Assembly (NCBI GenBank): GCA_976226885.1
Contig: OZ320315.1
Location: 34,412,001 to 34,476,000, forward strand
Reading direction: 5' to 3'
DNA length: 64,000 nucleotides
DNA from: Iphione sp. A-MEVVRFRX5
Lineage: Eukaryota
Part shown: piece after piece, positions 28,301 to 38,270 of the stretch
Layout of the letters: every line of letters starts with the position of its first letter
Numbering within the stretch: the stretch's first letter is position 1
The notes under the pieces: generated by a model
Database searches by the model: none
What the model was told of the DNA's origin: nothing
The model's input: only the letters and a program-made list of their open reading frames with translations
Position numbers and translations under genes: made by a program

Positions 28301-31300
28301 TCAAAGGTTCAGTTTTAAATCAGCTGCCGGGTTATATAATTAAGAAAAGGGAACTATTTCAAAGGTTCAGTTTAAAATCAACTGCTGACCTATAGGTGGT
28401 GAACTGGATGGTTCATGCTTATTGCACTAGAGGGAGTATCTGCAGGGCTACATATACAGGTGTCGCGCGACCTCTCAGCTCACTAACCGTCGCCCTGCAG
28501 TGTTTGAAATTTGGAGCGCCATGGCCGAGTCTCAGCTGTCCGAGCACACAAGATTGCTCGAAGACATCCTCAAACGTCTACAAACCTTGGAAAAGACATC
28601 CAAGAAGAAGGAGGATACCACTAAGAAAAAGAAAGGCGGCAAAGCAGGCGTTACAACCAGGAGTCAAGCACAGACAGGAGAAGAGCCCGAGGACTCGGAT
28701 GAATCGGACCAGGGTGACAACACTGAGGCAGAGGACCAAGACGAGGAGGTCCTACCACCGGAGAAACTCAAGGGAGCAGCAGGAGCCCACATCCAACAGA
28801 TCCTGAGTGCTATGTACCCAGATGTGTCGACGGGTGCAGGTAAGAAACAATCGAAGCCCTCGCCTGCTACTTATGTACACCTCCCCAAGGCAGAGAAGCC
28901 TGAAATGGGAAAACTGACTTTTCACCAATATGTCTCGGGCTGTATAGCCATGTCTATAGATAAGGACATACCCAAGGCTACCCAGAGGCATATCCTTCTC
29001 CACCTAAAAGAGGTAGTTGAGGAGACCGACGCGCTGGCGTGGCCCCCCATGTCACAGTGGGTGGCTGAGATGTGGGACGATATGAATGCAGGAAGGCTAA
29101 CCTGGGACCAGGGGAGAAAAATCGATAAGCTCAAGAGTAAGGCGGTTAATGCATACCTGTATTCATCTAAGAAGAGTAGCAAGGAGGAGAAGGAGATCGA
29201 CACGGCCTGCCCAACCTGGCAGACCGGCAAGTGCACGGAGAAGACGGAGCACACCGTAGAAGCAGTCAAGTTCCTCCACTGTTGTGCATTTTGCCACCTT
29301 ATGTACAACAAATCACTGGACCACAAGATGGACCAGTGCAGACACAAGAAGAGGCTCCTACGTATCGATACGAAGGAATCAAAAAACTACCAGAAGGAGG
29401 GGTGGAGGCAGCAACACGACCAGTAAATGCTTCCCCCTCCCCTCTCCAAACAACCGTTAACACATTTGAAAACGAACCGGACACTCTAACTGACTGCCCA
29501 TTTCACGATTGTTACCCCTCAGTTGTTAAACCCACTTCTATTCCAGCCCTAATCCACTCAAGGGTCTACAGCTGGCCACGTATGTTCTCGAGTCAAAGAC
29601 CAGACCTAGTCAAAATATATGACGCTGTTGTTGCCTCAGGTGTACCAAACTACATAGAATGTCGTGTTCCCATTGAATCGCAACTGAATGTACATAAGTG
29701 GGCAGATATATTGAGCCAAGGGTCGCAAATTGATTGTTTGCTGCTTAACGGTATACAATTTGGCTTTCAGCTGGGCTATGTTGCTACTGAAATCCCCAAT
29801 ATTGAGGTGCCCAACTACTACTCAGCGACGGCCTTTCCAGAGCATGTTAACACATACATCCATGAAGAATTGTCATGTAATGCTATTCTTGATAATGCGT
29901 ACCAGGCCCCATTTCAAAGATATGCGTGTAGCCCCATCCTTACTCGCCCGAAGAGTGACCCTACGAGGAGGAGAATTGTCATTGATTTGTCCGCTACTAA
30001 TGTAAATCAGGGTATACCGGAGCATTATCTGTATGACTTTGAATACCATATGTCTTTGCCTTCCCCCCACGATCTTGTTGCAGGGCTGGGCTCTTACACG
30101 CAGGACGCACGGATAGCCACCATCGATATCAGCAGAGCATATCGGAACTTCAAGGTGGACCCGCTGGACTGGCCACTATTGGTGTTTAACTATGACAATA
30201 GGTACTATGTTGACCAGTCCCTCCCCTTTGGTACGAGGTTATCGTCATATTACTTGCAGATGATGTCAGAAAGGATAGTCCAAAGAGTTAAATCAGTCCA
30301 TCCCAGTATTGCCATGATGGCATATCTTGACGATTTTGTAATTGTAGGGAGCGGAATAAATGACACAACACTAGCGTACGAATATACAAAGGATCTGATC
30401 TATGAATTGGGTCTGGTAGTGGCAGAAAAGAAGTGTACGTCTCCCTCAACTGCAGCTATATGGCTAGGTGTCAACATAGATGTACACAATAGAGAAATGT
30501 CAATCCCCTTGGAGAAAATCCAGAGGGCTCAAGCAACGGCTACTGAGATTTGTAACAGCGAGCGTATTAGCCTAAAGAAGATACAAAAGTTTGTTGGTTT
30601 TATCAACTTCGTAGCGAAATGTTGTACTCAAGCTAGGCTATTTGTTTGCGAATTGTTGCACATGTACAGGACAGCCGCCAGGTCCAACGCACATTATGTT
30701 GAGGTGACAGATCGCCTTAGAGATGATATGAAGTGGTTCATCAATTCAATGCCCAGGTATAATGGTATTCAGATCTTCCCTGAAAACAAGATCCACGAGG
30801 TAATCATGGTGGATGCATGCCCTGAGGGTTACGGTGCTCACTCGAGTTCTCTCTACTATGCCCAGAAAAACCGTAATCTGAGGCACATTTCGATTTCTAA
30901 GCTGGAGGCTGTAAACCTTGCAATAGCTATGGCTATGTTCGGTCCTTCACTAAAGGGGAAAACAGTTGAAATATGCTCAGATAACATGGCTACAGTGCTA
31001 ACTATGTCATCGATGAAGCCCCGAGACCCTCAACTAGCTGCCCCTGTTCGGTATGTGTGGTTGTTGGCCATGAACCTACAGATTACTCTTAAGTTCACCC
31101 ATATCCCTGGGGTAGAGCTCGTAGTTGCTGATGCCCTATCACGCATGTATGTATCACGCAAGCATTTTGCTATAGCAAAGAGTTTTCTTGATGCCAACCC
31201 AGGAATTAGAAGAGTGTTCCCAAGTAAGAAGGTAATCAATGACATTGTTAATTCATGAGTTTTTCCTCAACAGACAGAAGACTCAAGATCTTCACTGAAC

Positions 31301-34300
31301 GGGCCTCCAGAAGGCAGACAGAGGACGTGACTGCGGCATCACACGCCAGGAGGATTTCCCACATGTCTACGTTTATAGCCTTCTGCTACCACTACGGCAT
31401 TGACATTTATTCACTTACATACCCAGATGTTCTTGTCTTTCTGGAATACCTGGTAATGCAAAATCTGTCTCCAAATGTGATAGCGCAGCACCTTTCCCAT
31501 GTTAGGCTAGCACTAAGGAGGCTAGAATTGTCAGAGGCAGTAATTGATAACATATTTGTTAATACAGCAATGAAAGGAATTCAAAAACGGTCGGACCATG
31601 TCGTTTCGAGAAAACTGCCAATTTCCTTAGCCCATCTGACCTCCCTAGTTAGATATCTGGAGAATATGCCGATTATAGGCGCTACGTTGATAGCAGCATA
31701 TACCTTTTTATTCTATTCGCTGCTACGCCAGTCAAATCTAGCTCCAAGACAGCCAGAACGGTTTGACCCAGGGAAGCAGCTAACAGTTGATGATGTGATG
31801 TTTACTGACGATTCGGTCAAAGTTAGAATTAAATGGTCAAAAACGATAGATAAGAATAGCAAGCGGCACATCTTCCTGCCTAAGACAGGTACGAATACTT
31901 GCCCCTACTTTGCTCTGAGAAGGATGCTAAAGATAGTCCCTACGGCCTCTCCGACTCAGCCCCTTTTCTTGGACCCTTGTTCCCTGCGGCCTATTTCAAC
32001 AAAACAGCTGGGTGATACACTGAGCATGGTTAATAAGCAATTATGCTTGGATAGTTCGAAATACTCACTCCACAGCTTCAGACGCGGTGGGGCCACTGCC
32101 CTACAGAAGGCAGGAGCCACCCTCCCCCAGATCATGGCACAGGGAACGTGGGTGGAGACTCCCTCAGTTCTGGTGTATACAAAACGAGAGGAGGATTCCT
32201 TGAAAGCAGCCAAGTTGCTATGCCAGGCTGCTCAGGCCTTGCCTGCTGAGTGATTTTGGCTTGGCGGTATTGATATGTGTGTACAATGTATGGTATTCTG
32301 AGTATGCCTTGAGGTCTAGAAATGATCATGACAGAATGTGAAAATAAACTCTGTTGCACGCCACGTATACAGGTGTCCCGTGTTTGTGTGATAGGTGGTG
32401 AACTGGATGGTTCATGCTTATTGCACTAGAGGGAGTATCTGCAGGGCTACATATACAGGTGTCGCGCGACCTCTCAGCTCACTAACCGTCGCCCTGCAGT
32501 GTTTGAAATTTGCCACCTCCCGCCCATCATCTAGTAGTAATATTGGCGGTATTGATATGTGTGTACAATGTATGGTATTCTGAGTATGCCTTGAGGTCTA
32601 GAAATGATCATGACAGAATGTGAAAATAAACTCTGTTGCACGCCACGTATACAGGTGTCCCGTGTTTGTGTGATAAAAAAAAGATAGGTCATATAATACC
32701 TCATTGGAAAGATCTCGTTGCGGGCTTTCTATTGATACCATTTTTATTGATGTCAAATTTTATCTCCTGCTCTTTTTCTCTGCACACACACAGACCTGCT
32801 TAGTGTTTCCTTGTCTTTTCAGTTGAATGTAACACATCTCTCTTTTTAGACACACAAAAAATAAACATACAAACACACTCCTCTACAGCATCACTAATAC
32901 TAGCACTGCCTCTCTTGAGTAGACTTTCATGATGATGTCACTCTGCTCTCTTTGAAAACGTAATGTATTCAAACATATTTCAATATGGCATGATGTCATC
33001 AAATGGATTCTCAATTGTATAGTGCTTGGATAACATCATCAAGTGATTTCGTATGTTGTTTGCACTTGATGACATCATCAGGAGAAAGACCAACACATGA
33101 TGTCATCAAGTAGTTTGCACTGGATATCAGCTATGATGTCATCATCAGTGATGTCATTATTGACATTACTCAAGTGGTTTGCACCGAATAGGGTGTAGGT
33201 CATTTACCTCCTTATACCTCTCCCACAACAATTCCTGGCTATGGGCCTGATCCAACTGTATGACAATGCTCAGAGCAGCAGGTCATCTGTCCAGTACAGC
33301 AACATCATCCTGAAGTACCTGCCTCCTAACACCACTTCCCACATCTAGCCTCTGGATGCTGGGATCATAGCCTCCTTCAAGACTCAGTATAGGAGGAGGA
33401 GGCTGATCAGGCATATTCTGGGGTGTGTGGAGGAGGACAAGCCCATGACTGCCGACCTCAGGAAGGCCATCCTCATGGTGCATGAGGCTTGGCAGGCAGT
33501 TACCTCTATCACCATCCAGAGATGCTGGAGGCATGCTGACATTCTCCCTGAAACACCAAGACCTGTGGAGGATGAGGAGGATGAGGAGGAGAACATGCCT
33601 CTGTCAGAGCTCCAGTCTCTACTGCAGTCCCTGCCCTCTGGCGGAACTGAGACCCTTAAGGCTGCAAAAGAATACACAGAGGTGGATGTCACTGCAGAGA
33701 ACTCAGAAGAACTCACCATTGATGCACTGCTGTCACTGGTGGTAGATCCTGAGGTGATGGATGACACTGACCTGACAGAAGACACAGAGGAGGTGGCACA
33801 ACCTCCAGTTACCTTGAAGGATGCCACCAGGTCAGTTGATTTCGTGGTCAGGTTTTATGAGGATCAGAGGGATGTCACCAATGTCCATTTGCTCAGAGGA
33901 CTTCACCACAAGGCCCAGACCTCCAATGTGGGTTGCAGACAGACTCTGATTAAGGACGTTTTTTTAATTCTAAGTAATTTGATTTGTCCACTTTTTTCAC
34001 TTGTGTGTTATGTTTAGAACTTAATAAATGACTTCTGTACCATTTAAAACTGATTTGACTCCATTCTGTTAATTTTATCCAAAGAAATTTTGACAATTCA
34101 CCCACACGTTACTATTATGCAAGTTTTCCCCAACAGAAGATGCATATGTGCTTGGTTCTACAACTGGATTATCTGTTATCCAGACAAATTTGGCACGAAT
34201 GGCTATTGTCTGTATACCAAACTGTAGAGTGTTTATCTAAATAATGGTAATATAGAATATAGGGTCAACTGTATCTCTGCTAACAGGACAACACTTCACT

Positions 34301-34631
34301 ACGGGAAGTTTGGTCATGCAGTGGTCTTACCAGAACCTTTGCGTCCACTCTAAATGCAATGGCGACCCACGGGTTAAGAACCACTGATAAAATACTGGAC
34401 CTGAGTTCTGTCAAACTCTTTCAGTCAGTAGAACTAGAGATGGTGTGGCATAGCGATGACATTAGTAGTCGGTGATTGTGCACATTAGTCGTGGCCTGAG
34501 TTGATGATAGCGGGAGTCATCTCGGGTGTATATATCAGGCCCATAGCCAGGGGGGTATCGTCCAATACCACCCCCCGCCCCCCCCCCAAAAAAAGCCAGG
34601 AGTTCCACCTCTCTAGGCCTATAGCCAAGGG

Positions 34632-34701
<70 letters not shown>

Positions 34702-35142
34702 GACCTATTTAACCGGGATTTCCACCTCTCTAGTTCCACCTCCCCCCACAAGACTTCCTGGCTACGGGCCTGTATAAGCATGTATCAGAGTACAGGTATA
34801 CCTTGACGAGCTGTGTTACAGGATGTCCCGGTCCCCGCACTGTCATACTTATTGGGTACGCACCCTCGTTCTAAAAATCGCGAAAATAGGGGTGCATTTA
34901 CCAAACTTTGTATGTCCTCGTTTTTCTTAAAAAAGGGTCTCTTTTGAGCTGCTGAGCACTTTGTGGATGCTTGCTACATGAACAGAAGTGGGCCCTAGTA
35001 GTGATAGAAACAAACCAAATCAGGTTAAGTCTTACAATTTATCTGTCTGTTCGACTGTCTCATTCTCCTTTCCGTCCCGTATCTCCCTAATGTAGTTCCT
35101 AACAGTATGCATCTCTTTCCGCTGTCTTTCTCCCCCTGCATC

Positions 35143-35207
<65 letters not shown>

Positions 35208-35967
35208 CTCTCTCCCTCTTGATTGCTGATCCCTACATTGTAGAAGGGTGTCCTTAGTCCCTCTATATTTAGTTCGAAGGTGTCCTTAGGCCCCTTGTCT
35301 TTGAGATGGGTGTCCTTAGGCCCCCTGATATATGTAGGTGTATGTGTCTATAGATATGTATGTAGGTGTATACAGCATGTTGTATGCAACTGGTATCTTT
35401 TAAAAGTCAGCATTTTCTTAAAAAAAGGGGGTGTTTTTAGTCACTCAAAAATCAGTGTTTTCTTTTAAAAAAGGTCCTTTTTTCAGTTAAAAGTCAGTGA
35501 AAAGGGTGTAGTTTTGATGCTGTAGAACGAGCGTATGTCCTCCCCTTCATATAGGAGTGCAGGGACCGGGCAGGATGTGTTACAACGGACCAATTCAATA
35601 TCAGAAACAGATCGCTTCATTATCAGACACTGAAGAATAATGAATGCATATTACCACTGGTGATACTTGATCTGAAATCATTTCTTTTTATACAGTAGAT
35701 GGTCACTTCGCTATAACGGGGCTTCATTTTCTGAGGATTTGTTAACCCACTAAAGGCGGCAGGTTTGGGGGATGTTTTCTCCTGGAGGTACACTTGTTTG
35801 TGCATATACATGTACATGTAATGGAAGCTGACAAGAAACCCCTGCCTTAGTTTTATGGCTAGGTTTAAGTACAGTGTTCTTCATTAAATTATTTACATGG
35901 ACTTTCTCTTTCCAGGTTCATAGGATCGACGGAGTATCCATTCAGCGATATAAAGAAGATTAATTAA
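10183..35967 (+). CDS. Aldo-keto reductase family 1 protein (aldose reductase-like), exons 2-10; exon 1 not found in the window
   Basis: Nine GT-AG exons join in frame: 10183-10347, 12656-12772, 14277-14360, 17326-17442, 18008-18114, 20278-20359, 20532-20615, 24642-24724, 35916-35967 (TAA). Motifs: AIDCGYRQFD, REDVFITNKLW, LDYINMYHIHFP, GLAKSIGLSNF, QVECHPYLQQ, VVIPKS, IFDFNL, EYPF. Exon sizes and phases match the AKR1A/1B gene structure. Confidence 0.95.
10418..10725. mobile_element. MITE with CAGGCC(C/T)GTAGCC termini and 5-bp TSD
   Basis: Termini caggcctgtagcca...tggctatgggcctg, flanked by TTCTG on both sides. Confidence 0.75.
10996..11391. repeat. Minisatellite, 84-bp unit, about 4.7 copies
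   Basis: ctatgaaaacgaccttagaggcactcctgtcacg... starts at 10996, 11080, 11164, 11248 and 11331. Confidence 0.95.
11407..11745. repeat. About 32-bp tandem array followed by a GA-rich (agagagagggacat) array
   Basis: attcagttaacttggactttttccccataat repeats over 11407-11600; purine-rich repeat at 11607-11745. Confidence 0.9.
12442..12592. mobile_element. MITE, same family as 10418-10725
   Basis: cagggctgtagccagg...ttggctacgggcctg flanked by a TGCTT direct repeat. Confidence 0.75.
13500..13870 (-). mobile_element. Degraded LINE RT fragment
   Basis: ITPSQHGVRKNQSTGSALI motif in minus ORF 13631-13840; boundaries approximate. Confidence 0.6.
15300..15690 (+). mobile_element. Degraded LINE RT fragment
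   Basis: FIDYKKAFNS and CGVPQGSTLGPLL motifs are readable by hand translation. Confidence 0.75.
16773..17245 (-). mobile_element. Possible remnant 3' end of an LTR retrotransposon
   Basis: TGTAAC edge at 16773 and a minus-strand LRTRVRAKTD resembling an integrase tail. No partner LTR is seen, so the call is weak. Confidence 0.3.
27165..27460 (+). mobile_element. tRNA-derived SINE
   Basis: A-box-like GGTAGCTCAGTTGGTAAGAG. The body (gaccagacagatttactgtagccc...aaaaagaacccagaaacctgttc) is shared with the copy at 38010. Confidence 0.75.
28521..29426 (+). CDS. Ngaro element 1 gag-like ORF1 with C-terminal Cys/His zinc-binding cluster
   Basis: ATG at 28521 just after A1; CPTWQTGKC...H...HCCAFC...H...C cluster; homologous to 60473-61660. 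Confidence 0.85.
   Translation: MAESQLSEHTRLLEDILKRLQTLEKTSKKKEDTTKKKKGGKAGVTTRSQAQTGEEPEDSDESDQGDNTEAEDQDEEVLPPEKLKGAAGAHIQQILSAMYPDVSTGAGKKQSKPSPATYVHLPKAEKPEMGKLTFHQYVSGCIAMSIDKDIPKATQRHILLHLKEVVEETDALAWPPMSQWVAEMWDDMNAGRLTWDQGRKIDKLKSKAVNAYLYSSKKSSKEEKEIDTACPTWQTGKCTEKTEHTVEAVKFLHCCAFCHLMYNKSLDHKMDQCRHKKRLLRIDTKESKNYQKEGWRQQHDQ
29231..31258 (+). CDS. Ngaro element 1 reverse transcriptase-RNase H
   Basis: DISRAYRNF, LPFG and YLDD RT motifs; VDAC, LEAVN, SDN and ADALSR RNase H motifs. Lies in the -1 frame relative to gag. Confidence 0.95.
   Translation: MHGEDGAHRRSSQVPPLLCILPPYVQQITGPQDGPVQTQEEAPTYRYEGIKKLPEGGVEAATRPVNASPSPLQTTVNTFENEPDTLTDCPFHDCYPSVVKPTSIPALIHSRVYSWPRMFSSQRPDLVKIYDAVVASGVPNYIECRVPIESQLNVHKWADILSQGSQIDCLLLNGIQFGFQLGYVATEIPNIEVPNYYSATAFPEHVNTYIHEELSCNAILDNAYQAPFQRYACSPILTRPKSDPTRRRIVIDLSATNVNQGIPEHYLYDFEYHMSLPSPHDLVAGLGSYTQDARIATIDISRAYRNFKVDPLDWPLLVFNYDNRYYVDQSLPFGTRLSSYYLQMMSERIVQRVKSVHPSIAMMAYLDDFVIVGSGINDTTLAYEYTKDLIYELGLVVAEKKCTSPSTAAIWLGVNIDVHNREMSIPLEKIQRAQATATEICNSERISLKKIQKFVGFINFVAKCCTQARLFVCELLHMYRTAARSNAHYVEVTDRLRDDMKWFINSMPRYNGIQIFPENKIHEVIMVDACPEGYGAHSSSLYYAQKNRNLRHISISKLEAVNLAIAMAMFGPSLKGKTVEICSDNMATVLTMSSMKPRDPQLAAPVRYVWLLAMNLQITLKFTHIPGVELVVADALSRMYVSRKHFAIAKSFLDANPGIRRVFPSKKVINDIVNS
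31255..32253 (+). CDS. Ngaro element 1 tyrosine recombinase
   Basis: LLRQSN (Arg), WSKT, HSFRRGGA (HxxR), GTW and VLVY (Tyr). The start overlaps the RT stop as ATGA. Confidence 0.95.
   Translation: MSFSSTDRRLKIFTERASRRQTEDVTAASHARRISHMSTFIAFCYHYGIDIYSLTYPDVLVFLEYLVMQNLSPNVIAQHLSHVRLALRRLELSEAVIDNIFVNTAMKGIQKRSDHVVSRKLPISLAHLTSLVRYLENMPIIGATLIAAYTFLFYSLLRQSNLAPRQPERFDPGKQLTVDDVMFTDDSVKVRIKWSKTIDKNSKRHIFLPKTGTNTCPYFALRRMLKIVPTASPTQPLFLDPCSLRPISTKQLGDTLSMVNKQLCLDSSKYSLHSFRRGGATALQKAGATLPQIMAQGTWVETPSVLVYTKREEDSLKAAKLLCQAAQALPAE
33290..34226 (+). pseudogene. pogo/Tigger (DDE_1) transposase 3' fragment
   Basis: YLPPNTTSHI*PLDAGIIASFK...AWQAVTSITIQRCW with a nonsense codon at 33346, then an acidic tail. 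The element probably ends at ...actgTA near 34226. Confidence 0.85.
34536..34772. mobile_element. MITE, same family as 10418-10725, with internal (GA)n
   Basis: caggcccatagccagg...cctggctacgggcctg; flanks tatat/tataa. Confidence 0.7.
34827..35570. mobile_element. Non-autonomous DNA transposon with CCCGG termini and 8-bp TSD
   Basis: TIRs cccggtccccgcact / agtgcagggaccggg; perfect CAGGATGT duplication at 34819-34826 and 35571-35578; internal (CT)n. Confidence 0.85.
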
Positions 35968-36775
35968 TGCATGCGGTCAAGACACACGACCAATCTTTTG
36001 TACATTTTAGTCACTAAGGAGAGGAGATATCAAGCGGGGAATATTAGTTGCCAGCAGCTCATAGTTTGTCAGCGCTGTTCGGTGGAGGTGCTGGGGGCAA
36101 ACCTTTAATCAATATATATCGATTATAATACTTGAAGTTGAGAACGACACAACATGTATATAACACAACTAGAGAATGATTTCATGATATATGAATCCTT
36201 CTTAAATAGCATGGAACAAGGATCTGCCACTGTACCTACAATCATGATAGTCTTTTTTCGTCATCATTTTCATCGATGATTGTTTTCCCTCCCTACACAG
36301 GACACTCGTCATCACACAAATGCACAAAACGTAATTAAAGCACATAAAATCCAATTTCACCACGTGAAATATTAATCAACATACGTGTCCTATGCCAGTT
36401 CTCGCCCACGTTCTAATCAACAACATTTGACTAGAATAAGGCCTAAAATGTTTTTCCCCCAGTGTTAATTCGTACTAACAGCTACACATGTATATGATTA
36501 TATCACTGCCACTGCTTGGATTTTAATGAAATCTATATCAAATGAAAGTGTGTGGCATATGGCATTCGTTCAGAGGATATTAACAAAACAAGAATAAAAT
36601 GAAAAGTTACAACTGGCCACAATAAAGGGTCGGTCGGGTCGCCGGAAACACAGATATTCTTCAGGCCCAATGCTTCAGCATAGCTGACTGTGTGAAGTCG
36701 ATATGCATATGTCTTCACTTCTGAACATTGATTTCAGACCTATTCATCTTTTCTTGTAACACCAAGTTTGGAAAG

Positions 36776-37136
36776 TTAGGTAAAAAAAAAATAGGTGTGT
36801 TTCTGGTCACGACCAACCCAAAACCTAGGTAGGGAGGGGGTATCTTTCTTTAAATTTTTTCCCACTTTCTTTCTATGGATTTCAATAATAATAATAATAA
36901 AGACAGTAAGAAGAATTTTGACCAATCTGTATAAGTTTTGCAGTTTTTTGGTGAATTTCCAAGGATTTTTGTTGTTTTTCTACTAAATTTACCAAAAACA
37001 TGCTGTGAAAACACATATCTAAGGAAATTCAGCCTTGGAAACTCTTTGGGGCCAAAATTTTTTAGGTAGGGTGAGGTTTTACTAGGTAGGGGTGGGTTAC
37101 CAGAAACACACCTATAAATTTTTTTTTCAGCCTTAT
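36776..37136. mobile_element. MITE-like element with about 40-bp imperfect TIRs
   Basis: aaaaataggtgtgtttctggtcac at the left end versus gttaccagaaacacacctataaattttt at the right end. Confidence 0.6.
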
Positions 37137-38009
37137 CAGGTTATCATCGGATTTCGTTCAAGAAATATAACTTCTAAAGATACTTATCATAGAATTTCAA
37201 GCTAATCCAGTGGACGATTCGTAGGAGATTTTATTAGCAACGTTTCACATGCGTCCATATACTACTATGCAAACGGATACAACAGCGTTATCTTCTAAGC
37301 AGTCACTATGGTAAACAACCAGCTCATTCAGATGTACACTTCAGCTATGCAAATGGATGTCATTTGCATTTCTCCAATCTATCCAGCATTGTCTGCATCT
37401 CATACACTGTCAGACAGTTGTGTGTACTTTTCATATGGACACATCTAAAAAGCCCTTACAATAAACCCACACCATATGCATTACGTGCTTTTCTGGTCAA
37501 ATCCTCCAGTTTAAAAGGTCCGTTCAGATTAATGAAAGTACAGTACGTGATTTTTCAGTCAAATAATTTTCTTGGGATGCATTCAATTGTGCAGTAAAAT
37601 GTGAACATGTATATGGTGAATGCTCAGTAAGCGCAGACGTCAGCCATGTTTAGTGCTTATGTCACTGGTTCTATAAGGCCATTCCATGTAATACAGTTGG
37701 TCTCACTAGATAAATGTGAAACCAATGAGTGGCAGGTGCAGCGACAGACAGAAGAGAGAAATTTAAAAAGGGATCAAGAATTTAGAAACATTTAATACAC
37801 GAATCAAAATGCTGCCAATGCTCTGTATCTCATATTTTGTACTCTAATAAATTTGTTCCTGAAATACACTGCTGCTCATGCATGACAATATTATTAGAAT
37901 TATGATAGTCACATGTCATTACCTGTAACATGGCGGGAAAATGTAGGGTTAGTAGGTAGCTGGTATTTTTTTATTTTTTTTTAGTGTTAATAAATCCTCA
38001 AGGCAATAA

Positions 38010-38270
38010 TAGAGCACTGGTCCACTGACTGTGAGGTCGCAGGTTCAATCCCGGGTCTGGGACCCTTGATCAAGACCAAACAGATTTACTGTAGCCCTAA
38101 CCCAGAGTAGTCCACAACTCATAAAAAGGTCCTGGGTGTATAGGATTCTGTCCCCTGTGCACAAAAAGACCCCAGAAACCTATTCGAAATAAGAGTAGGG
38201 GGCAACCCTGGGTATTCTGGTCTCTCAATTCTCAACAATACATGGTAGTATGCTACCCCAGGAGAATATA
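38010..38270 (+). mobile_element. tRNA-derived SINE (second copy)
   Basis: B-box GGTTCAATCCC at about 38042; body homologous to 27165-27460. Confidence 0.75.

Larger units (their letters stand above)
28395..32675 (+). mobile_element. Ngaro-type (DIRS order) tyrosine-recombinase retrotransposon, apparently intact, in AKR intron 9
   Basis: Split direct repeats: A1 28395-28513 = A2 32394-32512 (119 bp, identical by eye); B1 32261-32393 = B2 32543-32675 (133 bp, identical by eye). Order is A1-gag-RT/RH-YR-B1-A2-B2, with no TSD. Confidence 0.95.

Noticed and set aside
31255..32253. Phage integrase or bacterial contamination
   Set aside because: The recombinase is linked to gag/RT with split direct repeats inside a spliceosomal intron, i.e. 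a eukaryotic YR retrotransposon.
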